Of a stretch of 64,000 nt of DNA, positions 49,135 to 59,411 are shown piece by piece. Every line of letters starts with the position of its first letter. Position 1 is the stretch's first letter. The position numbers and the translations under genes were made by a program. The notes under the pieces were generated by a model, which saw nothing but the letters and a program-made list of their open reading frames with translations, was not told where the DNA came from and did no database searches. The stretch is from an uncultured bacterium (GTDB lineage Bacteria > Armatimonadota > Abditibacteriia > Abditibacteriales > Abditibacteriaceae), in contig CAWJLW010000010.1 of NCBI GenBank assembly GCA_963843795.1, positions 1-64,000 on the forward strand, written 5' to 3'.

Positions 49135-50289
49135 ATGGAAGAAGTGCGGGTTGGAATTATCGGATTTGGCGGCATGGGCCGTTCACACGCCGATTATTTA
49201 AGCAAAGGCCAAGTCAAAGGTGCGAAATTAGTCGCGGTGTGCGATGCGTTTGAAGCCTCGCGCGAAGCTGCCAAAACTATGTTCGGCGACAGCGTGCAAA
49301 TTTTCGACGACGCGGAAAAACTGATGAGTTCGGGCGCGGTCGATGCCGTCATGATCGCCACGCCACATTACGATCATCCGCCGTTGGTTATTAAAGCCTT
49401 GAAGCATAATCTGCACGTCATGACCGAAAAGCCAGCGGGCGTTTACACGCAGCAGGTGCGAGAAATGAACGAGGCAGCAGCCAACAGCGACCGCGTTTTC
49501 GGCATTATGTACAACCAGCGCACAAAACCGCATCACCAAAAGATGAAGCAGATTATCGAAAGCGGCGAAATGGGCGAAATTCGCCGCGTTTTGTATGTCG
49601 TAACCGACTGGTTTCGCACGCAAGCCTATTACGATTCGGGCGGCTGGCGCGCGACGTGGGGCGGCGAAGGTGGCGGCGTTCTCATTAACCAGTGCCCGCA
49701 CAATCTGGATTTATGGCAGTGGATTTGTGGTATGCCGGTGCGAATGCGCGCCTTCTGTGGCTTTGGCAAAGCGCACGATATCGAAGTCGAAGATTCTGTG
49801 ACCGCCTACGCCGAATACGAAAATGGCGCAACCGGCGTTTTCATTTCGACCACCGGTGAAGCGCCCGGCACCAACCGTTTTGAAATTGCGGGCGATTATG
49901 GAAAATTGCTGCTCGAAGGCGGCAAACTGACGTGGTATAAAAATCGCGAAAACGCGCAGGAATTTCTAAAAACCGCCAAAGGCGGCTTCGACACACCGGA
50001 ATGCTGGAAAATCGAAATTCCCAACGGTCCCGGCGAAGGTCACAAAACCGTCACCCAAAACTGGATCGGCGCGATTCGTGGCGAAAACGAACTGATGATT
50101 CCCGGCCAGGAAGGCATCAAAGGTTTAAGCCTGTCAAACGCCATGCACCTCTCCTCATGGACGGACGATTGGGTCGATTTTCCAGTCAACGAGCAAGCCT
50201 ATCTTAACGAACTTACCAAACGCATCGAAAGTTCAACCGTGAACAAAAAAACCGGCGGAGAAGCCTTGAATTTCGGCGGCACATTTTAA
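49135..50289 (+). CDS. Gfo/Idh/MocA family oxidoreductase
   Basis: VGIIGFGGMG, IATPHYDH, MTEKPAG, GGGVLINQCPHNLDL. Confidence 0.93.
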   Translation: MEEVRVGIIGFGGMGRSHADYLSKGQVKGAKLVAVCDAFEASREAAKTMFGDSVQIFDDAEKLMSSGAVDAVMIATPHYDHPPLVIKALKHNLHVMTEKPAGVYTQQVREMNEAAANSDRVFGIMYNQRTKPHHQKMKQIIESGEMGEIRRVLYVVTDWFRTQAYYDSGGWRATWGGEGGGVLINQCPHNLDLWQWICGMPVRMRAFCGFGKAHDIEVEDSVTAYAEYENGATGVFISTTGEAPGTNRFEIAGDYGKLLLEGGKLTWYKNRENAQEFLKTAKGGFDTPECWKIEIPNGPGEGHKTVTQNWIGAIRGENELMIPGQEGIKGLSLSNAMHLSSWTDDWVDFPVNEQAYLNELTKRIESSTVNKKTGGEALNFGGTF

Positions 50290-50304
50290 GTTGAGAAGAA
50301 TCTC

Positions 50305-50338
50305 AAAAGCGTGCTGCAAGTACTTGCAGCACGCTTTT
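50305..50338. terminator. 34-bp perfect palindrome centred on the iterated motif between convergent genes
   Basis: AAAAGCGTGCTGCAAGTACTTGCAGCACGCTTTT(TT). Confidence 0.85.
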
Positions 50339-50357
50339 TTCGTAACAATTGGCAAAA

Positions 50358-50771
50358 TCAAAAAAATCGCGAAAAAAAGCTGCGGTTATTGGCGACGATT
50401 TTGTAGCCAATTTCGACGAAAACGACGAGGGGAAAGCTGCGCGCAATGCGAAACAAGCGTTTCAATAAACGCGAGTGCGCTGTGGTTTCCAAAAAAAGCA
50501 ACACGGCGTTGCCACCCTTAAGAATGCGGCCATCGGAAGTCGCGACGTGCAGGGCGCGTTCGCAGGCGCGGCGCAACGGCTCGTTCATCGGTCGATTATG
50601 AACAGTAGGCGCGCTTTGAAAAGGCGCGTAATCGAATTGATTATTGCGGTCGAGGCGTTGGGCAAATTGCACGCTGCGGCGACAAAAACCGCAATCGCCG
50701 TCCCAAATCATCAAATTTCGCGCTGCACTTTTCACATTGACCTCTTGGATCGCCTTCAAACTTTCAACCAT
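50358..50771 (-). CDS. DCC1-like thiol-disulfide oxidoreductase family protein (DUF393)
   Basis: WDGDCGFC motif, Y.IVA.NR C-terminus. Confidence 0.88.
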   Translation of the reverse strand: MVESLKAIQEVNVKSAARNLMIWDGDCGFCRRSVQFAQRLDRNNQFDYAPFQSAPTVHNRPMNEPLRRACERALHVATSDGRILKGGNAVLLFLETTAHSRLLKRLFRIARSFPLVVFVEIGYKIVANNRSFFSRFF

Positions 50772-50919
50772 CTTATCGCAAATCGGGCCACTGATTGCTG
50801 GGCCATTGATTTTCCGCGTCGTATGATTGAAAATAAAATGTCTGACCGCAATGACTTAGCACAGCTTCTTGCGACAGTTAATTGCCGTGTTATTTTGCCA
50901 ACGATTTGTGTAATTCATT

Positions 50920-51552
50920 ATGAAAATTTTTCCCGTCGCCTCACGCGGCACAGCCCGCGCCGTAAACGGTGTGGCCATCGTTCTCAGCGGAATCGTTCTG
51001 GTTTCGTGTACGCCCAAGACCGAAGAAGCGCCGTCCGCCATCGCATTGCAGCAGCCCACGGTTTATACCGAGCCATTGGCCAAACCGACTTCGCGCTTTC
51101 CGACGCCCACGCCTGATCCCAAAGCCGAAACGCCGCAACCCAAGAACACCAAAAAGCCCGGTGTGACAGTAAAAAACAGCAAAACACCTAAACCTGCTGG
51201 AACTTCAAAAACGACTTCCACGAATATTCAAGGGATGCGCGTGATTGATGTACGCAAAGGAACAGGCGCTGAAGCGGTGCCGGGTAAAACCGTCGTGGTC
51301 GATTATCGTGGCACGCTGCTTAATGGCACTCAGTTCGATGCCTCCTATGATCGCGGAGAACCGTTCAGCTTTCCGCTGGGCGGAGGTCAGGTTATTAAAG
51401 GTTGGGATTTGGGCGTCGCAGGTATGAAAGTCGGCGGCAAACGCCGCTTGATTATTCCGCCCGATCTGGGCTATGGCGCTCAAGGTGCGGGAGCAGCCAT
51501 TCCTCCCAACTCCACACTGATTTTTGAAGTCGAATTGAAAGCCGTGCAATAA
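50920..51552 (+). CDS. FKBP-type peptidyl-prolyl isomerase, lipoprotein
   Basis: LVSC lipobox, Pro/Thr/Lys linker, [47 protein letters not shown]. Confidence 0.95.
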   Translation: MKIFPVASRGTARAVNGVAIVLSGIVLVSCTPKTEEAPSAIALQQPTVYTEPLAKPTSRFPTPTPDPKAETPQPKNTKKPGVTVKNSKTPKPAGTSKTTSTNIQGMRVIDVRKGTGAEAVPGKTVVVDYRGTLLNGTQFDASYDRGEPFSFPLGGGQVIKGWDLGVAGMKVGGKRRLIIPPDLGYGAQGAGAAIPPNSTLIFEVELKAVQ

Positions 51553-51560
51553 ATATCATC

Positions 51561-51608
51561 TGCGCGTCGCAATTACTCACTTTAAGTAACTGCGACGCGC
51601 ATTTTTTT
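51561..51608 (+). terminator. Intrinsic terminator after the FKBP gene (lacks the iterated motif)
   Basis: TGCGCGTCGCAATTACT..AGTAACTGCGACGCGCA followed by T7. Confidence 0.75.
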
Positions 51609-51622
51609 GGTTAAAAAAGCCC

Positions 51623-53573
51623 ATGTTTAAAACAGCCCGGTTGGCATTGACAAGTGCAATCGTCGCACTCTGTACATTTGCGCCTCGTGCGCATGCCGCA
51701 CCCGAACCGGCGCGCAGCGCGGACGATTTCGTCGATGCAATGGGCGTTTGCACGCACTGGTCTTACGCCGACACGCCATACGGGTTTGCCTACGACACGG
51801 TCAGCCGTTTGCTGGGCGAAAGCGGAATTCGTCATGTGCGCGATGGTTTGCATCCGCGCGAAACCGATTTATGGCAGCGCTATGGCATCGGCTCGACAAT
51901 TATTTTCGAGCCGCCGCGCGATCCTAAAGAAAGCACCCTCGAATTGGAGCCACTCGTTGCTCAGCTCGATATGATTGAAGGGCCAAACGAAGTCGATATT
52001 TTCGAGCGCAATGGCCGTTATGGCGGCGAAGTTTTCCCCAAAGGCGCACGCTTGTATCAAGATGCACTTTACGCGGCGGTAAAAGACAATCCACTTTTGA
52101 AACATTTGCCGGTTATCGCGCCTTCGACCGCGCGCAGCGATAGCAACCTGAAGCTCGCGCCGCTGAGCAGTTTCGACCGCTTGGTAATGCATTCTTATGC
52201 CGGCGGCGAAATGCCCTCGCGCAGCCTGCACAACGAAACTATTTCCAACGTGAAGAACGCCGTGCGCATACTTCCCCAAAACGCGATCGTGCCACGCATT
52301 GTAGTAACCGAAAGCGGTTATCACACCGCAGCCCATGCAAATATGACGCTGGGCGGCGTGCAGCCGGGCGTGAGTGAAGACGTCCAAAGCAAGTTACTTG
52401 CCGCGCCATTTCGCCGAGTATTGGAACGAAGGCATCGAGCGTACCTTTATCTACGATTTCGTCAACGATTTCAAAGACGAAGCGACCAATGCCGAAGCCT
52501 CGTTCGGCATCGTGCGCCACGACTCGACGCCAAAACCGGCCTACGAACGTTTGAAAGCTTTGACGCATCTGTTAGGCGAAGCCAAATGGGACACTGCGCA
52601 AAAACAATGGAAGAAACCGCAATTCGCGCCACGCTCGTTAGATTTCGATGTGATTGGCGCGCCCGATGATGTTCATCACACCTTATTGCAAAAAAGTGAT
52701 GGTGATTTCTACCTGATGCTGTGGCGCGAAGTTTCCAGCTACGACACCAAAACTCAAAAACCTATCGCAGTCGAACCGGCTAGAGTTCAACTGCGTTTCG
52801 GTAACAAAATTCGCAGCGCTGAATTACTCAATTTGCGAACAACCCTTGAAACACGCGCCCGTCATCAGCAATGGCAAGCGCCGCGCAACATCACGCTCGA
52901 TGTGCCAGATGAACTCGTCATCCTGCGAATCTCTCCGGTCGCGATTAAAGCGCGCGAAATCGCGGCGCCGCAAAAGGGGCAAGTCGAAACCGGTGGGCAA
53001 AGCGTTGATGTGAATTGGGACGAAGAAGCGGGCGCGTCGAGCTATTTCGTGTGGCGCACCGGCAAGTACTTGGGACGCACGACCGAAACGAAGTGGCACG
53101 ATGAAGGCGCGCATCTCACGCCCGGTTTAGCTTATTCCTATACAATCCGCGCGGGTGACAACGCGGGCAATCTATCGCCCGCAACTGAAATCGTCGCGTC
53201 CACACAAGCGATTTTTCCCGATTTGCAGCTCACCCAATTGCGCTTGGATGAAGGCCTCCAAGCGGGCGATGCGGTGATTTTGCGCGCCACCATTACCAAT
53301 AATGGCGCGGCGCCGACTCTGGTCGGAACAACGCATGGCGTGGCGTTTTTCGTAGACGACCAGTTCGTGGCGTGGAGCGATCGTTTCAATAAAGCGCTGG
53401 AACCAGGCGAAAGCATCGAAGTGACAGCTAACAGCGGCCCACAGGGAGCTTCGACCTGGATCGCGAGCGCGGGCAAACACACACTGCGTGCCCTAGTCGA
53501 TGATGTGAATCGCATTGACGAAAGCGACGAGAACAATAATGCGCGAACGCTGGAATTTACCGTCGCCGATTGA
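51623..53573 (+). CDS. Secreted clan GH-A-like glycoside hydrolase with FN3 and CARDB domains; +1 frameshift near 52393
   Basis: DFVDAMGVCTH, GIRHVRD, IEGPNE, VVTESGYH; second frame YLPRHFAEYW..RTFIYD..SFGIVR..PKPAY, FN3 (YSYTIRA.DNAGNLS), CARDB (PDLQL..DDVNRIDESDENNN). Confidence 0.8.
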
Positions 53574-53653
53574 AGTGCATTTTCTACTTCAATCTATCGC
53601 TTCGCAAGCACTTTTAGCGCATCTCATACGGCGATTTCGGCCATAATGAATTC

Positions 53654-54742
53654 ATGAAAAAAGCTGCGGACAGCCTTCTGAACGATTCCTCTCCAACAGT
53701 CGATGATTTGCAGGTTGAATATCTTTCGCGTGCCGCCACCTTGCGCGATGTGGCCGCGCGCGCGGGCGTGGGGCAAGCGACGGCTTCCTATGTGTTGAAT
53801 AACAAGCCCAAATCTATCGGCGCCGAAACGCGCGAGCGCGTGTGGCGCGCGGCGCGCGACATTGGCTACCGCCCGAATATGGCCGCGCGCTCGTTGATGA
53901 CGCGCCAAACTCACCTCGTTGCGCTCTGGATTCCCAACGTCGCGACCGCTTTTGCCGCGCGCGTCATCGGCGAAATTCAAAATCAAGCGCGCGCTCATAA
54001 CTACGAAGTGATGATCTGCGACACTCAGCGCGCCGAACGCAGCAACGCCGATCAAAGCGACGAAGCCTCGGTTGTGCTTCAGTTGCCGCAGTGGAATGTC
54101 GATGGCATTATCGCATTTTTCGGCTCCAGTTCGCGCGTCATCGAACGCGATAACACACACGGAGCCCTCGTTCCAACCGTCAGTATGGGCGCGCATTCCA
54201 TCAAAAGCACCGATTTCGTGAGTTTGGATTTGCATTCCGCATCGTGTCAGGCGCTGCAATGGCTTTTGACACAGCGCAAGCGTGTCGGATTTTTGGTGCC
54301 TCGCGCCGCCGATTTTCCCGGCGATGAGCGCCGCGAAGCCTACGTTCAAACCCTGAACGCGCACAACGTCGAACCGGTTTTCATCCACATGAGCGACAAT
54401 TCGCGCGCGGCAGCTTTCTATGCAATGCGCAAGTACTTGCAGGCGCATTCGTCCGCCAATTTGCCCATCGATGCGCTTTTTTGCTACAACGATTACGCCG
54501 CTATCGGCGCCGGTCGCGCCCTACGCGAGGCCAATCTCCACATTCCCGACGACGTGTTAATCGTCGGTTGTGACGATATCGAAGACGGCGATTATCTCGA
54601 ATGGCCGCTGCACACTATCGCTCTGCCCATTCCGCAAATGTGCGCAACCGCATGGCAATTTTTTCAAACCCGCTTCGAACAACCAAAACGCTCGCTACAG
54701 GTCAAAAATTTTGTCGGCGAACTCAAAATAAAATCGATTTGA
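53654..54742 (+). CDS. LacI family transcriptional regulator
   Basis: ATLRDVAARAGVGQATASYVLN, GYRPN..ARSL, ALFCYND, IPDDVLIVGCDD. Confidence 0.93.
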   Translation: MKKAADSLLNDSSPTVDDLQVEYLSRAATLRDVAARAGVGQATASYVLNNKPKSIGAETRERVWRAARDIGYRPNMAARSLMTRQTHLVALWIPNVATAFAARVIGEIQNQARAHNYEVMICDTQRAERSNADQSDEASVVLQLPQWNVDGIIAFFGSSSRVIERDNTHGALVPTVSMGAHSIKSTDFVSLDLHSASCQALQWLLTQRKRVGFLVPRAADFPGDERREAYVQTLNAHNVEPVFIHMSDNSRAAAFYAMRKYLQAHSSANLPIDALFCYNDYAAIGAGRALREANLHIPDDVLIVGCDDIEDGDYLEWPLHTIALPIPQMCATAWQFFQTRFEQPKRSLQVKNFVGELKIKSI

Positions 54743-54798
54743 AACCTTTTGAAACCTTTAAAAGGCCGAACTTTGAAGAATATTTACAGGAGAAAAGT

Positions 54799-55626
54799 AT
54801 GTTAATAACGGGAGACCTGCCGGAACTGAGCAGCGATTACGCCTTGCAGCCAGCACAGATCGAAGAATTGCGCCGCGACGGTCATGTTTTGCTGCGCAAC
54901 GTGTGTTCTCCAAACGAGGTAGCAGCCTATCGCGCGGTCATCAATGATGCAGCAGAGCGCTACAACACGGAAACGCGCCCGCTGGAAGAGCGCGATACCT
55001 ATGGCAAGGCGTTTTTACAGATTATGAATTTGTGGGCACAAGACGAAGCGGCGAAAAAATTCACTTTATCGCAGCGTTTTGCCAAAATCGCCGCTGAATT
55101 GTTGGGTGTTGAGGGCGTACGGATTTATCACGATCAAGCATTGTTCAAAGAGCCGGGCGGCGGTCCGACACCGTGGCATCAAGATCAATATTACTGGCCT
55201 CTCGACACCGATAATACGATTACGATGTGGATGCCATTGACTGATGTGCCTTTAGAAGTCGGCTCGATGACATTCGGCACCAAAACGCACGAACTGGGTT
55301 ATCTGGGCGAATTTAAAATCAGCGACGAATCGGATAAAGTGTTCGACAAACTGATCGCCGATAACAACATTAATTTGACGAATTACGGCGCCATGCAAGC
55401 GGGCGACGCGACATGGCATTACGGCTGGACACTGCACGGCGCGCCCGGCAACCCGACGCCTAACATGCGCGAAGTGATAACGATTATTTATCTCGCCGAT
55501 GGCGCGCGTATCCTCGACCCCGCAGGCAACAGCAACCGTCAGGCCGACCTCGAACGTTGGATGCCCGGCCGCAAACCCGGCGATCTGGCCGCCAGCGAAT
55601 TGAATCCATTGGTTTATCGCAAATAA
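54799..55626 (+). CDS. Phytanoyl-CoA dioxygenase (PhyH) family Fe(II)/2OG enzyme
   Basis: AGGAG RBS; IYHDQALFKEPGG.PTPWHQD, MWMPL, AGDATWH..WTLHGA..N..R. Confidence 0.92.
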   Translation: MLITGDLPELSSDYALQPAQIEELRRDGHVLLRNVCSPNEVAAYRAVINDAAERYNTETRPLEERDTYGKAFLQIMNLWAQDEAAKKFTLSQRFAKIAAELLGVEGVRIYHDQALFKEPGGGPTPWHQDQYYWPLDTDNTITMWMPLTDVPLEVGSMTFGTKTHELGYLGEFKISDESDKVFDKLIADNNINLTNYGAMQAGDATWHYGWTLHGAPGNPTPNMREVITIIYLADGARILDPAGNSNRQADLERWMPGRKPGDLAASELNPLVYRK

Positions 55627-55645
55627 TGAGCACCAGAAAAATTAT

Positions 55646-55685
55646 CGAAGTTGCGCGCTGCAAGTACTTGCAGCGCGCAACTTCG
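55646..55685. terminator. 40-bp perfect palindrome centred on the iterated motif after the PhyH gene (no T tract)
   Basis: CGAAGTTGCGCGCTGCAAGTACTTGCAGCGCGCAACTTCG. Confidence 0.6.
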
Positions 55686-55704
55686 GCAAATGCCTCACAA
55701 GTTC

Positions 55705-56013
55705 ATGAAATTTTTCACCGCAGTTTGGCTCGCATCTTTTCTACTCATGACCGCTTTAACTCCCGCTTTCGCCACGCAGGCCGACGAGCACCACAGCGAA
55801 CCACCATTACGAACTAAAACCTTCCGAACGCTGGACACAAAACGCTGGACACAAAATCGCATTTGGAAATGGTACTGTTATCGGGCGTGGCCGTGTGGTT
55901 TCAACTACATTTCCGCCAACGCAATTTTCTACATAGAAATGTAGATGCCCTATAATTTCAATCCACAGCAAATTGAAAAAGAACTCGCGATGGCCAAGGC
56001 CGATGGTTTTAAT
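55705..56013 (+). pseudogene. Truncated secreted GH5-like glycoside hydrolase N-terminus with an in-frame stop
   Basis: Signal peptide, then RWT..IWKWY..AWPCGFNYISANAI.YIEM*MPYNFNPQQIEKELAMAKADGFN. The TAG lies where Trp (TGG) is expected, and the frame ends against the convergent kinase gene. Confidence 0.7.
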
Positions 56014-56662
56014 TTCCACGCACTTCGGCGTTAGCTTTAGAACGTGTGGATAGCACAATTTGGGCGTTCAAAGCATCGTTAGCCACGACGCGCTTTTCGG
56101 CTTCGTCGCGCGACAAATCCCACGCTTTTCTATGGCGCTGCACCAAACGTTCAAGCGCGATTTCGATTGGCGTGTCCAGATACCAACGTTCATCGAAGGC
56201 GCGCCCGACCACGTCCCAGCCATCGGCGTCATAGAGCAAATATAAACCTTCCACTAGAATCAAACGAACTTCGGGCGCGACGCGATGCGCGCCTTCAATT
56301 GGATCGCCAATTTCGTGCTGGAAATCGGGCCACAAAACAGTTTTGCGCTTGTAAGATTTGCGCAGCAATTGCAGACGCGCAGTCAGTGCGGGCGCATCAA
56401 ATGTCCACGGCGCGCCACGCCTTGCAAGGGCTGCTGCGGGATCCGGCATCTCTTGCAATTGAGCACGCGTGAAATGAAAACCGTCCATGCCCAAAACTAC
56501 CAACGCGCTGGCACCAGCGCGTTGGTTCACAGAGTGCGCTAACTGCGCGCCCAAAGTGCTTTTGCCACTGCCGGGCAAACCCGCCAAACCGATAATTGTG
56601 CGCGCTCCCTCAGTGGACAAGTGCTGCAACAAGGTTTCAATTGGGTTTTCTATTAACAGCAT
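56009..56662 (-). CDS. P-loop kinase of the uridine/pantothenate kinase-like YggC/FrcK type
   Basis: IGLAGLPGSGKST, MDGFH, RRGAPWTFD, ILVEGLYLL. Confidence 0.88.
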   Translation of the reverse strand: MLLIENPIETLLQHLSTEGARTIIGLAGLPGSGKSTLGAQLAHSVNQRAGASALVVLGMDGFHFTRAQLQEMPDPAAALARRGAPWTFDAPALTARLQLLRKSYKRKTVLWPDFQHEIGDPIEGAHRVAPEVRLILVEGLYLLYDADGWDVVGRAFDERWYLDTPIEIALERLVQRHRKAWDLSRDEAEKRVVANDALNAQIVLSTRSKANAEVRGN

Positions 56663-56768
56663 CGCGAAATTACCAAAAATACTTCTACTGGCAGCCACTG
56701 CCTGACTATTAATTTTAATCGTTCACGCGCAGCAAGTACTTGCCGCGCAACTTTGAGCTTCAACTATT

Positions 56769-59360
56769 ATGATTTCTCGAAAACAGATGTTCCTGCGCGT
56801 TGGCTTGGGATTGGCTTTTGGATTTTGCACGCACGGTGCGCAAGCCGCGCCCAACGATTTTTCTCAAATCGCCAAGAATAACGGCGCTTCGGTGCAGTTA
56901 AATTTCGATGGCGTTCAAACTTTTGATGGTCGCAATCAAATGGCGCCGCTCGACCGCGAAATGGGTGCGGCGTTAGGCCAATTCTCGCTGGAATTTGTGT
57001 TCCAAACTTCCAGCACTCAGCGGTCGACGCTGCTGGGCGTTTTCGATGAAGGCCAGACGCAAGGTCTATCGATTGATTTGAACACCGATGAAAACGACAA
57101 TTATTCGCCCGGAATCACGCGGTTTTTCCTGCGCGATTTGATCGGAGACAAGCAAAGTTCTCTTGCGGCCACTGTGGCCAACGAAGATTTCGATTTATAT
57201 GATGGCAAGCCACATCACTTGGTGTTTGTTTACGATGGCAACGCGGCCAGCCAACGCGAAGCGCTGCAAATTTGGGTCGATGGCGCACCGGCTTCGCTTT
57301 CGTTTGCAAGTAATTTTCGGGGCGTGCCGCACCGTTTTCAAGCCTTTAGTTTCGACCCGACTTTGGCCGCGCGCAATGCGCGTGGCACACTGGGCAATTT
57401 CGCCAATATCACGCTCGATGAATTCGCGTTCACCCCGCGAAACTTGAACGCACAAACAATTGTCGCGCACACGCGCGCAGCTGACATCGCGCCGGTTGTG
57501 CGCGCGCTGCCGAAGTTGGACGCGCTGCGTTCAATGAGCGCGAGCGAGAAAAGCGCGTTCGATAAACGGTCGCGCGAATTTTTGAATTTCGTGGTTAGAA
57601 ATCGCGAAAATCCGATGGAAACCGTATGGGGCAAATACCGCAATTTCGATGTTTACGCGCTGGCGTGTCTGGCGCTCGGCGGTCACGATGTCGATGCGAA
57701 GCGGTTATTGAACGAAACGCTGGACATGATCGACCATAATTTCGCGGTCGAGCGCGCGCCGCGCGGCGACAAGTGGCACTTGGCCGATTTCGCGATGGAG
57801 CCTTTGCTGCGCGCTTATTTTCAGTTTCATTCAACGCATTTTCCCGATGATGAAGTGTGGCAACGCTTGGAAAAAACCGCGCAGAACTTTCTGTTCCATT
57901 ATGGCGATCTCAGCGAAAATCATAATTTACTGCATCTTTCGCTGCGCTATTTGAGCGGGCAAAGATGGCCCGCTGCGAAGTTTCACGATGGGCGTTTGGG
58001 CCAAATTCACAAAGCCGAAGCCGACGCGCAAATTCGGCAGTGGATGAACGATTGGGTGCGGCGCGGCAGCGGCGAGTGGGGCGCGGATATTTATTACAAC
58101 GTCAATCTGCTCGCCTTGCTGAACTTGTACGATTTTTCGGAAGACGCTTCGATGCGCGTGGCCGCGCAGGGCGTGTTGGATTTATTCGCCCTTGACGAAG
58201 CGCTGGATTCATATGGGGGCGCGGCAGTTGGTGCGGCACGGCGCGGTTACGCGGTGTATCGCATGGATTTAAAACAAAGCCCGTCGCGGCCCTTGCAATA
58301 TTTGTGGTTCGATGCGCCGACTCAAACTCCGCCGTTCAATTTGAATTTCATCGGCGGCGCGCTTCAGGCAGCGACCAGCAAGTACTTGCCACCGCCCGCG
58401 ATTCGCTGGATTGCCAATTCGCGTATCGAGCAAGAGAATAGCACCACGCACGCGCGCGGTCTGTGGCCGGTGGCCAACCTCGATTCCATTGGCAAACATA
58501 CGTTACGCCTGAATGATGTGATGCAATCGACGATGAATTCGCCCGGCGGCGGCGGTCGTTATACCGAACACGTCTGGCAAATTACAATGGATGAGACCGC
58601 GTTGGTTTTCGCCAATCATCCCACGCTGACCGCCAATACTTCATTTGGTGCCGCCAAACGCGAACTGCCGCGCATTTTGGAGATGTATGAAAAACCACGT
58701 CCGACTGCTCCGCCCCTAACGGAAGGCGCGTGGTATTGGCTGTACGCGAATATGCCGCCCGGCCATCAGGGCGATGTGCGCCCCGGTTACTGGCAAGGCA
58801 ATATGGTCGGCCCGCGCTCGTTTGGAAGCGGCGCGCTTTCATTTCTGATTTTCAATATTCCACCTGAAAACGCGCTGCCGTTTGCTCACATTTACCTTCC
58901 GCGCCGAGAATTCGACGAAGTGCGCGAAATCGGTAATTGGATTTATCTAAGAAAAGCCACTGGCTACGCCGCACTATGGATTCCGACGGGTTACCGCGAA
59001 ACGCAAAACGGTGTGTGGGCGCTCAGCGAAATCAAAATCAATGGTGCGCAATCGGCCCTGTTTTCGTTTGTCAGCGACCAAGAACGCGACGGCAATTTCG
59101 ATGCTTTTATCGCGCGCTGCAAGTACTTGCAGCCGCAATGGGATGCGACAAATCTGACACTTTCCGCTTTGAGCCATCGAAATGGCAAACGTTTGAGCGT
59201 TTCCTATCCAAACGGGCCCACTCAAGACGAGAGAATCATTAATACGCGCGGCCCGCGTTTCCAAACGCTGTGGGGTTCGATGAATCTAGGCACGCGCACC
59301 CTACACCTGAAAACACCCGCGGGTGATTATTCTTTGGATTTGCGCGCTGCTTTGCGCTGA
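56769..59360 (+). CDS. Secreted LamG-like domain plus an alpha-helical/beta-sandwich (heparinase II/III-like architecture) protein of unknown family
   Basis: Signal peptide; FSLEFVF, DGKPHHLVFVYDG, IWVDG, LDEFAF (LamG); SENHNLL, GEWGADIYY, LLNLYDF. Confidence 0.65.
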   Translation: MISRKQMFLRVGLGLAFGFCTHGAQAAPNDFSQIAKNNGASVQLNFDGVQTFDGRNQMAPLDREMGAALGQFSLEFVFQTSSTQRSTLLGVFDEGQTQGLSIDLNTDENDNYSPGITRFFLRDLIGDKQSSLAATVANEDFDLYDGKPHHLVFVYDGNAASQREALQIWVDGAPASLSFASNFRGVPHRFQAFSFDPTLAARNARGTLGNFANITLDEFAFTPRNLNAQTIVAHTRAADIAPVVRALPKLDALRSMSASEKSAFDKRSREFLNFVVRNRENPMETVWGKYRNFDVYALACLALGGHDVDAKRLLNETLDMIDHNFAVERAPRGDKWHLADFAMEPLLRAYFQFHSTHFPDDEVWQRLEKTAQNFLFHYGDLSENHNLLHLSLRYLSGQRWPAAKFHDGRLGQIHKAEADAQIRQWMNDWVRRGSGEWGADIYYNVNLLALLNLYDFSEDASMRVAAQGVLDLFALDEALDSYGGAAVGAARRGYAVYRMDLKQSPSRPLQYLWFDAPTQTPPFNLNFIGGALQAATSKYLPPPAIRWIANSRIEQENSTTHARGLWPVANLDSIGKHTLRLNDVMQSTMNSPGGGGRYTEHVWQITMDETALVFANHPTLTANTSFGAAKRELPRILEMYEKPRPTAPPLTEGAWYWLYANMPPGHQGDVRPGYWQGNMVGPRSFGSGALSFLIFNIPPENALPFAHIYLPRREFDEVREIGNWIYLRKATGYAALWIPTGYRETQNGVWALSEIKINGAQSALFSFVSDQERDGNFDAFIARCKYLQPQWDATNLTLSALSHRNGKRLSVSYPNGPTQDERIINTRGPRFQTLWGSMNLGTRTLHLKTPAGDYSLDLRAALR

Positions 59361-59411
59361 AATTGGGCGGCAAGTACTTGCTGGGCACGATGGCAAACCA
59401 TATCATTCACG

